DNA of 64,000 bases from Tubulanus polymorphus (lineage: Eukaryota > Animalia > Nemertea). This document shows positions 25,601 to 38,010 of this stretch, piece by piece. Under the pieces are notes generated by a model. The model had not been told where the DNA came from. It ran no database searches and worked only from the letters and a program-made list of their open reading frames with translations. Position numbers and translations under genes: made by a program. Numbering within the stretch: position 1 is the stretch's first letter; every line of letters starts with the position of its first letter. Location: assembly GCF_964204645.1 (NCBI RefSeq), contig NC_134026.1, positions 23,594,150 to 23,658,149 of the forward strand, read 5' to 3'.

Positions 25601-26275
25601 CTGACATGGAGTTCAAATTGTAAGCTTTATTCAGACTTTAGGGATTTACACATCATCATAAACACAACAATTCACTGAATATATTTCACATACGGTTGAT
25701 TAAGAAAGCATGTCCCCTTCGGCCAAGTTCCTTCAGAATGACTCTCACAGCTGAGCCCTTTTTCTTACCTACAAAATGAATAAGTATTAATTCAGTTGTC
25801 TGTTTGAATTTCGAGTAAATATCAGCGGATTATTTCGATACTAACAGGAATTAATGTCTTTTCTTAAGTCTTTGAATTTCCTTTTGTTTGCTGATTACAT
25901 TTATGGTTCATAGATTATCAGCTGATTTTCCAGTGCGATTTTGATATTACTCCCAGTTTCGCTTATTCGATGATAGGGCATATTAAGCCGGAAGTAACTC
26001 GATACTGACATGTTTGACATGCATCGAAAATGTAAAATGGAGGATGGGATCAACCGGTCTCTTACTGAAGGAAGATACCGGCAACCAGTCTATCAAGTTT
26101 TCTGCAATGGCAACCCGTCTATTATGTTAGTTCTTAGAAATCCCGCTAGGTGACAGTATGGTGCTGCCACCTTTATTCTTTAGCTGACGCTTTTATTGGT
26201 CCGATCCAGGGGTCCGATGTAATGGTGGCGTTAGCGTACGGTTTAGTTTAGTTTTTGCAGAAACCATCCTGTCAA

Positions 26276-27895
26276 ATGTTTAAATTTAATCTCAACGCTT
26301 TGAAGCATTACTGTCACCCTCATTATGTGACGAATATTATACTATCTCTATGTTATTTCGTACTGAAAAAAACTCCTCATGTCTGTTCAGCTCTGTTTGA
26401 CGACTGCGAAATGGAAATGGTAAAGCCGCTGTCAATAAAATTCAAATTAATTTTATCAATACATTGAATCTATGTAAATCAAAACCCTAAACATTTTTTT
26501 AGAGAGAATGGGAACTGTTGACTTTCTTTGGGTGTGTGCTTGTGGCTAAACATCGGAAACAGAGTGAGTACAGTCTCATCTCATCATAGTCTCTTTGCTG
26601 CATCAATCTCTGGACTCCTTCCTAGTAATATTAAGAGAGATATTGTATATTTTTGTGTTATAGATTCGACCAGCGATTATATTGGAACTGTTTTCATGTT
26701 TACTAAGATCATCAGTGTTGTCATGTTCTTCAGACAGAGTCCTGTATATGCTCTTGTTTATGCATTGCTTGCTATTTGTAAGTGCCCTTTCATCCTCATC
26801 CGTTATTCCTCCTGGACATGTTAAACAATACCACGTTGATTGATTTAACTGACACCTTTTAATTACAGTGCACTTAGTTTGTCTACCAGAACCTACATAT
26901 TCGGGGCCAGAGAGTATAGTTTATTTCAGAGGTCAAAGTTTAGAGGCGAGTATCTGATAAGTTGTAGTTGGTAATCTCATTCATTCCAAGAAAAAACTAA
27001 TTATATCCTGTTAGACCCCAGTGAAGTTCCTTATTCCTTATATCGTTACTTATTGAGAATTCATCTCCCAATAAGGAACAAGTAACTGTTACTTGTTCCT
27101 TATTCAGATTTTCTCCTTTACCGGTAAAAAAACTTCCCTTGGGTAGTAAGTATATCATGTATTTACTGCACTTATTTCCAGGATGAAGTTGTTCGAGGTG
27201 ATAAGCGAGTCACGTGGTTAGTGGAATTCTATGCACCGTGGTCACCACCTTGTGTAAAATTTGCTCCGACATTTTCAGAGTTATCTCACAAGTAAGATTT
27301 ACATATTGCTGAACAACTTCAAGAAGACCATGCCGAATTCAGTATAGTTTTGACTTATATTGATCGAGATCATTTGCGTATCATCTCGTAACATTAACTT
27401 CTTGCAGATATCATCTAGATAATCTTCGATTTGGAAAGGTAGATGTAAGCAGGTATCCACAAGTAGCCGAAAAGTGAGTCTTTCAAATTCATTGATTCAT
27501 AAATTCTACCAAATGAAGGTATATTACTGATAGTTGTTCGTGGGTATCCCATATTTCAGGTTTAATATTGATCATTCTTCGTGGTCAAAGCAGCTTCCTA
27601 CAATGATAGTATTTCAAAATGGTAAAGAGAAAATTCGTCGACCTGTGTGTGAAGGAAAAAAGGCTTTTAAGTTTGCTTTGAATGAGGTAAATGAATATTC
27701 AAGTGTTCAGCTTCATCAAAATAACTCGATTATCAGGTTCTCCATTAAAAAATTGATTATTTCTGTACCTTCTAGGAAAATGTCATTCGGGAAATGCAAT
27801 TAAATGACATCTATCTGCAATGCAAAAAGAACCCACTTCCAAAGAAAAGAGGCAAGAACCAACTAGAAGAGAATGGGAAAGCAAAGGCTGAATGA
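26276..27895 (+). CDS. TMX2: Thioredoxin-related transmembrane protein 2
   Basis: Eight exons. Motifs REWELLTF, PEPTYSGPE, VTWLVEFYAPWSPPC (SxxC), LRFGKVDVSRY, SKQLPTMIVFQNGKE, and C-terminal KAKAE ER-retrieval-like end; TGA at 27893-27895. Confidence 0.92.
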
Positions 27896-28117
27896 GAACT
27901 CAATCTTGATTACTAGTTGAAACAGACATATCATGCAGGGTTTCAGTTAAAATATTCATGAATAGTCACAAGTGTATGTTAGCACTTGGAATTGAATAAA
28001 TGCCATGTACATCTCATTGAAAATATGTATGTTACCAGGACAGTTTAGTGTTGTTTTTACCCAGCGATTTTAATAAACTAATTAAGAAGTATTTGATGAA
28101 TTTGTGTTTTGTTTACT

Positions 28118-28275
28118 CTGGGGCAACTTCAGTTATCCAAGTTTGTTGACTTGTGACTAATAATTGAATGCACTATAGTATGGGCGTAACGCATTTCACA
28201 AGTGTTGGCCTTCTTGAAAATAAGTCTGAACTACATACTCTAGTTGACTAACTCTGATAACCGAAGTTAGCCCAG
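28118..28275. mobile_element. Short MITE between the convergent TMX2 and DHX37 3' ends
   Basis: Imperfect TIR CTGGGGCAACTTCAGTTATC / GATAACCGAAGTTAGCCCAG. Confidence 0.5.
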
Positions 28276-28476
28276 GCTTTACCTTTGTTTCTCGAAGTGA
28301 CCTGGGTGATATAGAGGAGCAAACTCTGATATATTGATTGGCAGATTCATCACATTAAGAAACCAAATTCACCAACAAAGCCCAGAAATATGAGATGACC
28401 ACTGAAATCCGTGGATCAAGATTGTTTATTTAAAAAGAAATGCATTTTAAAACGTCTAATGCAATATTTATGCATG

Positions 28477-31400
28477 TCAGGAAGAAGCTAATGGCCACTG
28501 TTTTCTTACATCTGAATGATGAGCTTCTGGGATCCAAGTTAGGAATTCGGACAGCAAATCTGGAGGATAGAATAACAGTACTGTATATGACAATGAATTT
28601 CTATATCATTCTACAGCAAAGGTCATAACTGAGAAGCTACATCCTTACAATTTGGTTTGTTCCTCCATATATTCAATAACATATTTTTGCTTGAGCAGTC
28701 CTCTTCAATTAAAGCCCTCAGTAATGTTTCGGTACGAGGTTGAAGCCTGAAAGCAGATGCAACTAATTTCTATACTTTGTCTGGGCTGTGATTCGAATGA
28801 TATATGATACAGATAAACTTACTTGGCCCAGCTTTTGATCATCGTCACTGGCAGTGATAATAACAGTGACTTGTATCGTCCAAACTCTTGTATCACCTCA
28901 CCATCAAGCAAAGCTTTACCAAACCATTTGTATTTCTCGATGCATTTTGGATAATCTAACTCTACTGTCGGTAAACTCCAGTTACATCGGCCTGACAAAA
29001 AGGATTCATCCAACATTTTTAATGCACTAAGCAAAAATATTGTCTTTACTGTAATGATAAGCAGTTAAGTTTATACACTTACCATAAGAAGCTTTCATGT
29101 GACAGACAACCGAGTCAGTTGAAGTATTATATCTTGGTGGTGGATCTTCAAGAGGCTTAGAGAACTGGCAATGACTAGGGGCTAATTCTGGTAGCCATTC
29201 TGCCTCAACTACAGTTATCCCTTTATAATTGAGAAGAAATGATCAAACTATCAGCTGAAATTATCAATTAGAAAAGGTGAATCCCTTATAGTCAAAAATA
29301 ATGTGCTTACCTTTCATGTAAAGTTTACTGGTTTCAACTATCTCTTGGTACACAATAAATTGAGGTTGCTTTTTGTAAAGTACTGATGAGGGATGAATGA
29401 ATACTGGTTCTTCCAAATCCATACACTAGAAACATATGAAATACAGTAGAACTACCGGTAATTCAAACTCAAGTCTACAAACCACAACACCAAGATTCCT
29501 TACCTGATAGGCAAATTTCATTTTTTTCTTTTCCTCACTGGTTCCACTTAATGGTTCTGGTAATTTTCTGAAAACAAAATGAAAGTACTGGAGATTCAAG
29601 ATAATTTGAAATATCCAATTTCTGAATCCAATTCCTCTGTACAATTCTCTTCAATATTTCACTTACATGGCCACATGATCAACTAAACCAGCCAAAATTA
29701 TTTGACGTAGCAGCTTTGATTGAAGGTCTGTTGGTGGAGGCATTTTGGGATCAACAACCAAATTAGCATCAGGTATCACAGCATTAACTGCAAGATCAAA
29801 TAAGATAGGTAAATGAAACTGTTTCTCTTTCCGTATTGTGTAGAGCATTGATTAACATTCATTCTTACCAACATTTGTCAACTGAGCTCTCAATTTTCGA
29901 ACTTCTTTCATAGCTTTGATCCTTATTCCATGAACTCTGCAAAATTTCTCCGTCATACCACCATACTCGCAAGCCCCTACAGCTTTCAGAATTACCATTG
30001 GATCACCTAGCATTTGAGAATGACCCTAACAAAAAGAAGGACGTTTGAATTGGAATATATGAAAAAACTCTCAACTCTTTTTATTGGCATATAGGATATT
30101 TGCTTACCGATCCTGACCAGACTTTCCTAATTTGTGTAATATGCTGCCTCTTCATCTTGAGATCGTCATTCTATTTGGCAATAATATAAAACCATAAAGA
30201 TTGAAGAATCTTTAACGCAACATGTGATACAATACTATTGGTTTTGATATCTGTACCTCAACGTCAGAAGTCGAAGGTTTATTCACTTCAATAAGTACTT
30301 CCTGGACAGACAAAGCAGCTACAATAGCTACGACATATGGTAATAAATTCTGTTGATGTCCAAGAGCTAACATCTTTCCAAATCGGGGGGATACTGGGAA
30401 ATGAGACATACTCCTCCCTAAAGCTGTCAGTTTTGTACCAGGGTCTGAAATGCAATATTGATAAATACGGGTGAACGATAGCCATTTGAAGTCCTAGATA
30501 CATGATAAGATGAAATGAATAAAGCAGTACCTGACTTAAGTTTTTTTTCTTTTAACAAAGACAGCTGTGTGGTTGATGGCATTTTTAGTCGCTCAAGGGC
30601 ACCCAATGACACCAAGAGATTTTCTGCAGCCTAATGATGAAAGAAGAGTCACCAACGTGTATTATTTGCCACATCAAATCTACTGGTATGCTAATTCATT
30701 GCTTACCATCAAAGCTTCTTCACTCGGTGGAGTCGGGTATGGGAAATTTATAACTTTTTCAATATTCATAGCCTAAAATTACAAAACATGCTTTGCGTTT
30801 TCTCTAGGCTACACTTGTTAAAACGATACTCAATAATAATGTTTTTAGCTGCTTACTTTCATTTGTAATATTAGATCATCAACTGGACGTCTTGTTATTT
30901 CAGCTTCAGAAAACAATTGAAATTCATCATTAAACACTGCTGACGAATATAATCTATAAATACAAGAACATCCTAATATAACGAAAGGCAAAAAGAGCGA
31001 AGTTGAATGATCGGATCATTCAAAAACATCTTATCATAGTAGTATGAAGACTTCACATCACTCACATTTCTTCGAACTGAAATGATTTAGATTTAGAACT
31101 CACCGGTAACAGTGACCAGGTCCAGTTCGACCAGCTCTTCCAGCTCGCTGGTTCGCCGATGCTTTGGACGTCCACGTTATTTTGAATGTTGAAACTCCAG
31201 TCACTTTATCATAGAACTTAGTTTTTACCTACAACAATGGATATTCAAAATCACTCCCGTATCTACTTTTTGGATAAGGAAAATCTGAATTCGTACAGTG
31301 TATTCGATAAAGTATCATCTCTTTACCTTGCCAGTATCAATCACGTATTTTATGTTCGGAATAGTCAGTGAAGTTTCAGCAACGTTCGTAGCCACAACAC

Positions 31401-34400
31401 ACAATCTACTGCCCTCAGGTGGTGGTTTGAACACTTTAGCTTGTTTGTCACTCGATAGTAAAGAATACAGAGGCAGCACATATAAAGGATTTTTCATATC
31501 TATTGCTTTCAATGATGAGTCTTCCTAAAAGAATGAGTGGCATCAAATATTCAATCAAAATACAAAGTTAAAATTTGGAATACATTCTTCAAAAGATAAA
31601 CAAATTTTGCAATCGCATTTCGTAATTGATAACCAATTAGATTACCTCATCATCATGAATATTCTCATCCTCATTTTCAGCTTCATCTTCCTCTTCATCA
31701 TGATGTGTATCGAGATCAAGATCAGCTTCTTCATCTTCTGGCATGATTGAATAGCTTAAAATCAACAGAGGGAGCTAAATCAATGAAATGCAATGGATCA
31801 CATAAAATCGATTATATTTCGGATATTACAACTACCAGTTACCCCGGTATATTGAATATCTTGAATTTACAATGATTAAACTACTCATATATATATCCAT
31901 TACTCATAATTTGGCTTTCCCAGCTACGGTATTGGTTTCGGATGAGAATTCAGTCCACAATAAACAACTACTGACCAAGACATACCTATCTAGATCGATT
32001 TTTGGTAGGACTGGTTTGGTAGAAGATTCATCAGCAGTTTTTGGTTGCTCACTTTCACCAGTCGAATCTAAAAGCAAGTCAACTATAGCATATAATGATA
32101 CAAGAATAATTGTGAATCAGCTTTATTTTGAAGAGTGATGTGTACCTGTCTTTTTCACCAATGACGGAAAAGTTTTACGCAGTTTCTGACATAAAGTGAG
32201 AACTTCTTGCTGTCCGGTTACAAAAACCAATATGCCTCCTTCAGGCAACATACGATGGACTTTACAAATCTACATATACATAAACCAAAACTGTTATGTG
32301 TGAACTGGGATCAATATGGTAAAATGCTAAAACTTTCATCTGTACCTTTTTGTAAGTTTCTCCAAGATAATCATCAACTGGTGTTCTTTTGTTGAAATGA
32401 ATTGTGACAGGAAATTGCCGAGCATCAATCTGAAATTGTAAAATTGAAAAAGTTATGAAATTTTCTCATCTGTATTCGTAATTGCTTGTTAGTTTAGAAT
32501 AAGTTACAAACCTTTATAACTGGGGGTGGTTTGGGGAATAATCTTCTGTTTTCAGTAAAGTCTTCAACTCTTAACGTAGCTGACATGATGACAAGTTTTA
32601 ACGGATGACCATTCTGTAAAGTGAATTAGATATGCCCGCGGTGAATACTGTGCTGAATAAGTTCAACACCAGGCATTTTGTAAGAATGTCTGCTACCGTA
32701 AGTTTAACTGCAAGTGACAGATTTCTTTTATACCTTGTGTCGCAGGGGAACAATTCTTGATAGAAGACCGATGAGTATGTCTGTATAAACACTGCGTTCA
32801 TGAGCTTCATCTATGATAATGACTTTATATTTACTCAACAAGAAATCCTTAAATAGAACACAAATACATGTACATGGTTGTTCAATCTATTCATGAACAT
32901 TTTCTTTCATTTAAAATCGAAGTATGATTAGCTACCTTTTGTACTTCTTTCAGTAGAACACCATCAGTCATAAATCTTATTTTTGTATCCTTTGTTACAT
33001 TCCCTTCATAACGAATCTGGTAAGACACTTCTCTATAAAAAGAAAGAAGAACAAAATATAACATCAAGTTTCGAATACCGCAGAGAAAAAATGTTATCGA
33101 TGATATTAGTTACTTTGATGTAAGATTCATTTCCTCACCAACCCGGTTGGACATACTAATTGCAGCAACCCGACGAGGTTCAGTGACACCAATCATTGCA
33201 CCATCGCTGAAATATATCAATTTTAAGTATGCAGTCATTTCTTACTGGTGGCAGACTTTCTTTATTTGAATAAAGGATTCTGTTATCTTCAATATGTACC
33301 TAGTAAACCCAGCCTCATACAGAAATTGGGGAACTTGAGTTGTTTTTCCTGAGCCAGTTTCACCGCATAAAACAACAACTTGACTTTCATTGATAGTCTC
33401 CATGATACTTTGCTCTTCTGCCAAAATCGGAAGACGCAATCTCATTGCCTACAGAAAAAGATTATTTTGGAAATTCCTGATTACATTTATGAACAAAGTA
33501 ACAACCCACACACATACACACGCACACACACCCACATCAACACAGCAATTAACATTACCTGTATTTCAGGGTTTCTGCTAACTGGTACAAACACTGCAGG
33601 TGCAGTAGAAACTGTTTTAGATTCATATTCTTTTTCATGATTTGGAGTCTCGGTGCCTTTCAGTTTTTCATTGCTTTTTGACTGAATGTGCGCATCTTTA
33701 CTTTTGTCATCGATGCACTCTGATGGAATAACGGGTTTCTCATCATGGTCATTTTGATTTTCTGAGTTCATAGATTCATCTTCATCTGTATTATCATCCT
33801 CCTCTTCACTCGATTCATCTGTTGAAGTGGAAACATCCTCAGCTGGTGGTGAATCTCTTGTTTTCCTCTTCTTGTTACTACCACCGATAGCATTCACTTT
33901 CAATTCACCTGAAGCCAACTTTTCAATTTGTACTTCCCTGGAAAAAGAGTCATCAGTAATTTCAGGCATTTGAAACCTTGTAAAAGAGATTCCTCAAATC
34001 AAAATCTACATAGACCAGTGTTTAAAGTTTATTGCATTGTCTTTACGATCAAGTAAGGAGACGCAAGTTAAGACAGCAGAGCATTATTTTCACCTACTTC
34101 ATTGGTTTTCCACTATGTATTTCAGATGTAGAAGTCATCAATTTCAGCTCATCTTTAGTAGCTTGGCATTCAGCTAAAGACTGAAGTATAGCCGCTCTCT
34201 TGAAAAAAAGAAACCAAAACATCTTTGGCCTGTTTGAACCAACTAGCAAATTACCATATGAAGTGGATCACACTTAAAACCTTATCCTGTTACTTGACTG
34301 CATTATCTATTTTCAACTCACTTTCTCTTTTTTCTCTTTAACGCTGATAACCTTCTCTAAGCGCTTTCGTTCCTTCTTTGACAATTTTTTAGGAGGAGCG

Positions 34401-34850
34401 GCAGCTTCTTTGATTTTCTCCTTCGTTTTTCGTTTTTTCGCTGGAAGCACGAGCGGGTTACTTTCATCATTACCATCTTGATTTACCCCTTCGATTTCAA
34501 TGAAAATCTAAACAAAGATGAAAGAAATTCATAAATTTGTTCAGCAGTGTGGAAGTGGTGAGTAGATATAGGCCTAAATTACTGAATTGAATTGGTCAAT
34601 CAACTCCTCAGACCAGTACTGTACACAGGCAGTGTCAGCCGTTCCTAATCAGTAACCTGACTGTGGTTTAGTCTCAAGATCGGATATTTTCGTTGGTATA
34701 AACCCATCCGATTAAAAAGCTTACCACCACCGTCCATTCATTACCAACGATTTAGCTAAAAGCCGTTCCTACCTTCGTTTCTTCTGACGAATCGATTATT
34801 GTCTCCTTGTTTTCCCTAGCCTTCCAATTATGGCCCTTTCTTTTCCCCAT
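28477..34850 (-). CDS. DHX37: DEAH-box RNA helicase DHX37 (Dhr1/kurz; 40S ribosome biogenesis), >20 exons
   Basis: Starts [12 protein letters not shown]. Motifs [104 protein letters not shown]. Ends RKQWPLASS* at 28477. Confidence 0.95.
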
Positions 34851-34934
34851 TTTAAGAACACGTTCACTCTTTACGGCAATATTATTATCATTGTATTATC
34901 ATTTACTTTTTATTTAACACATGTTTTCATTTAG

Positions 34935-37798
34935 GTCTGTCTGCAGAGTTTCCAGAACCTGTCATGTCAGGGCCCAAGACCTGACATGACAGGTGGGACC
35001 TCAGGTGACAGGTCGATTCGCTAAAATGAAAATCGTTATGACTGAACCGATGATAGGCGATTAGAAGACATGATAGGCGCGGATTTAGAACAAATGACAG
35101 CCGATAAGAACACAAAGAACATATCGTAGTGCTTTCTGAATATATTATTCAAAAACAAAAAACAAACTATGATGTGTTATGAATTCATTTAAGAATTTAT
35201 GTTTGTCCGTTTATAAAAAGTTGTTGAACTATATCGCCTTATAATAATAAAGATGGAATGATTGTGAATTATTGGAGAACATTGAACGAATTGTTTACAA
35301 TTAATTTATTTTTTTGTAACACGAAACATAAAAATATCAAGATCAGGCAAAATGATACCAGTAGTGCCTTATGTAATCATAATCAGTATTAATAACAATC
35401 ATTATACTCATTAAGATTAGGCCCTATATTATTATATATTATGGTAATTTTATTATATATAATTTTTATGGTCTCTTTATAGCAATGAATATAATATAAA
35501 TTGCTAACCATAGATAGAGTTAATCTAAAGTTACTATAAAACCATAATTATGAAGCGAGACCTCACACGGCAGCTCGCGCCATTTTGCAGAGCTTCTCGA
35601 GACCTGTGGTGACAGGTCTGTATTAAAACTGATGAAATGAAGGAAAACTTTAATTTTTATGGTCTCTTTATAGTAATGAATATAATATAAATTGCTAACC
35701 ATGGATATAGGTAATCTTAAGTTACTATAAAACAATAATTATGAAGCGAGACCTCACACGGCAGCTCGCGCCATTTTGCAGAGTCTTCGAGACCTGTGGT
35801 GACAGCTCTGCATTAAAACTGATGAAATGAAGGAAAACTTCACTTTTTATGGTATCTTTATAGTAATGAATATAATATAAATTGCTAACCATGGATATAG
35901 GTAATCTCAAGTTACTATAAAACAATAATTATGAAGCGAGACCTCACACGGCAGCTCGCGCCATTTTGCAGAGCTTCTCGAGACCTGTGGTGACAGGTCT
36001 GCATTAAAACTGATGAAATGAAGGAAAACTTTAATTTTTATGGTCTCTTTATAGTAAAGAGTATAATATAGATTGCTAACCATAGATAGAGTTAATCTTA
36101 AGTTACTATAAAACAATAATTATGAAGCGAGACCTCACACGGCAACGCGCGCCATTTTGCAGAGCTTCTCGGGACCTGTGGTGACAGGTCTGCACTAAAA
36201 CTGATGAAATGGAAAAAACTTTACTTTTTATAACCTTTATATAGTAATAAGTATAATATAAATTGCTAACCATAGATAGAGTTAATCTTAAGTTACCATA
36301 AAACAATAATTTTGAAGCGAGACCTCACACGGCAGCTCGCGCCATTTTGCAGAGTCTTCGGGACCTGTGGTGACAGGTCTGCATTAAAACTGATGAAATG
36401 AAGGAAAACTTTAATTTTTATGGTCTCTTTATAGTAAAGAGTATAATATAGATTGCTAACCATAGATAGAGTTAATCTTAAGTTACTATAAAACAATAAT
36501 TTTGAAGCGAGACCTCACACGGCAGCTCGCGCCATTTTGCAGAGCTTCTCGAGACCTGTGGTGACAGGTCTGCATTAAAACTGATGAAATGGAAAAAACT
36601 TCACTTTTTATGGTATCTTTATAGTAATGAATATAATATAAATTGCTAACCATGGATATAGGTAATCTCAAGTTACTATAAAACAATAATTATGAAGCGA
36701 GACCTCACACGGCAGCTCGCGCCATTTTGCAGAGCTTCTCGAGACCTGTGGTGACAGGTCTGCATTAAAACTGATGAAATGAAGGAAAACTTTAATTTTC
36801 ATGTTCTCTTTATAGCAATGAATATAATATAAATTGCTAACCATGGATATAGGTAATCTTAAGTTACTATAAAACAATGATTTTGAAGCGAGACCTCACA
36901 CGGCAGCTCGCGCCATTTTGCAGAGCTTCTCGGGACCTGTGGTGACAAGTCTGCACTAAAACTGATGAAATGGAAAAAACTTTACTTTTTATAACCTTTA
37001 TATAGTAATAAGTATAATATAAATTGCTAACCATTGATAGAGTTAATCTTAAGTTGCTATAAAACAATAATTATGAAGTGAGACCTCACACGGCAGCTCG
37101 CGCCATTTTGCAGAGCTTCTCGGGACCTGAGGTGACAGGTCTGCATTAAAACTGGTATAAATTGAAAAAAAACTTCATGCTTTAAATTGATGAGTAGATT
37201 TAAAATCAGTCTCAATAAAATCAGTTTCTATATTGCATTCGGCTCTTTTACATGTACATCATAAAGACAATGAATATAAATAGTGAGACTTCATGACTGA
37301 TGACAGTGAGGAGTGTTGCCGAACTGTGATAGTGAGCAGATAATTTTCAGTGTCTTATTGCGGAAACGAAATATCAAGACCTCGATTCATCTAGCGAAAA
37401 TTTTCTCTTAGACTTATAATGTGCTCTTACTTCTACATTAATAAATTCATCTACTAAATTAAAACTTATAAACTTATTTTTTTCCCTTTAATACAGAAAT
37501 AAGTCATAGTTTACACATAAATATTTTCTTCTTATAAATCAACCTTTCAAATGAATTATTTGTCAGAACAATTTCCTTATCGTTATTGTTGAATCATTTT
37601 CGATATTAACGACGGGTCAGAATATTCATTCAACTCAAAATGTTCTTCCATTCGTCTAGCACATGTCTAGATATTTCGCCGTTTCGTCAAATATTGTCAT
37701 GAGTTTGGGTTTTCTCGGGACCTGACATGACAGGTTAGACCTGTCATGTCAGGTCTTAAGACCTGACATGACAGGTTCTGGAAACTCTGCAGACAGAC
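34935..37798. mobile_element. 2.86-kb non-autonomous TIR element containing a satellite array
   Basis: 60-bp TIRs GTCTGTCTGCAGAGTTTCCAGAACCTGTCATGTCAGG...GACCTGACATGACAGGT (3 mismatches) at 34935-34994 and 37739-37798. No coding capacity; no clear TSD. Confidence 0.85.
35440..37165. repeat. ~190-191 bp tandem satellite, 9 copies
   Basis: GAGACCTCACACGGCAGCTCGCGCCATTTTGCAGAG recurs at ~35555, 35746, 35936, 36127, 36317, 36507, 36697, 36888, 37078. Confidence 0.97.
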
Positions 37799-38010
37799 AT
37801 CAATCCATGTTTTTCATGTTTTTTACTTCCTGGTTCTACTAAACCATTCGGATACAGACCGCGGTGTGCGAGTGGTCAGTGCTCGACACGACGTACTTAG
37901 TGCCGTCCCGCTCAATCTGCGTCCTCTGGAAGTCAACTCAAATTGTCCACTCTAACTTCTGCTTATCATTAAAACAGGCGTGTCACTGGTCTAGATTGAC
38001 GTTAATTACC

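Noticed and set aside
35520-37067. Series of similar 66-71 aa ORFs (MFYSNLRL...)
   Set aside because: Artefact of the 190-bp satellite; frames shift between units and the starts are non-ATG
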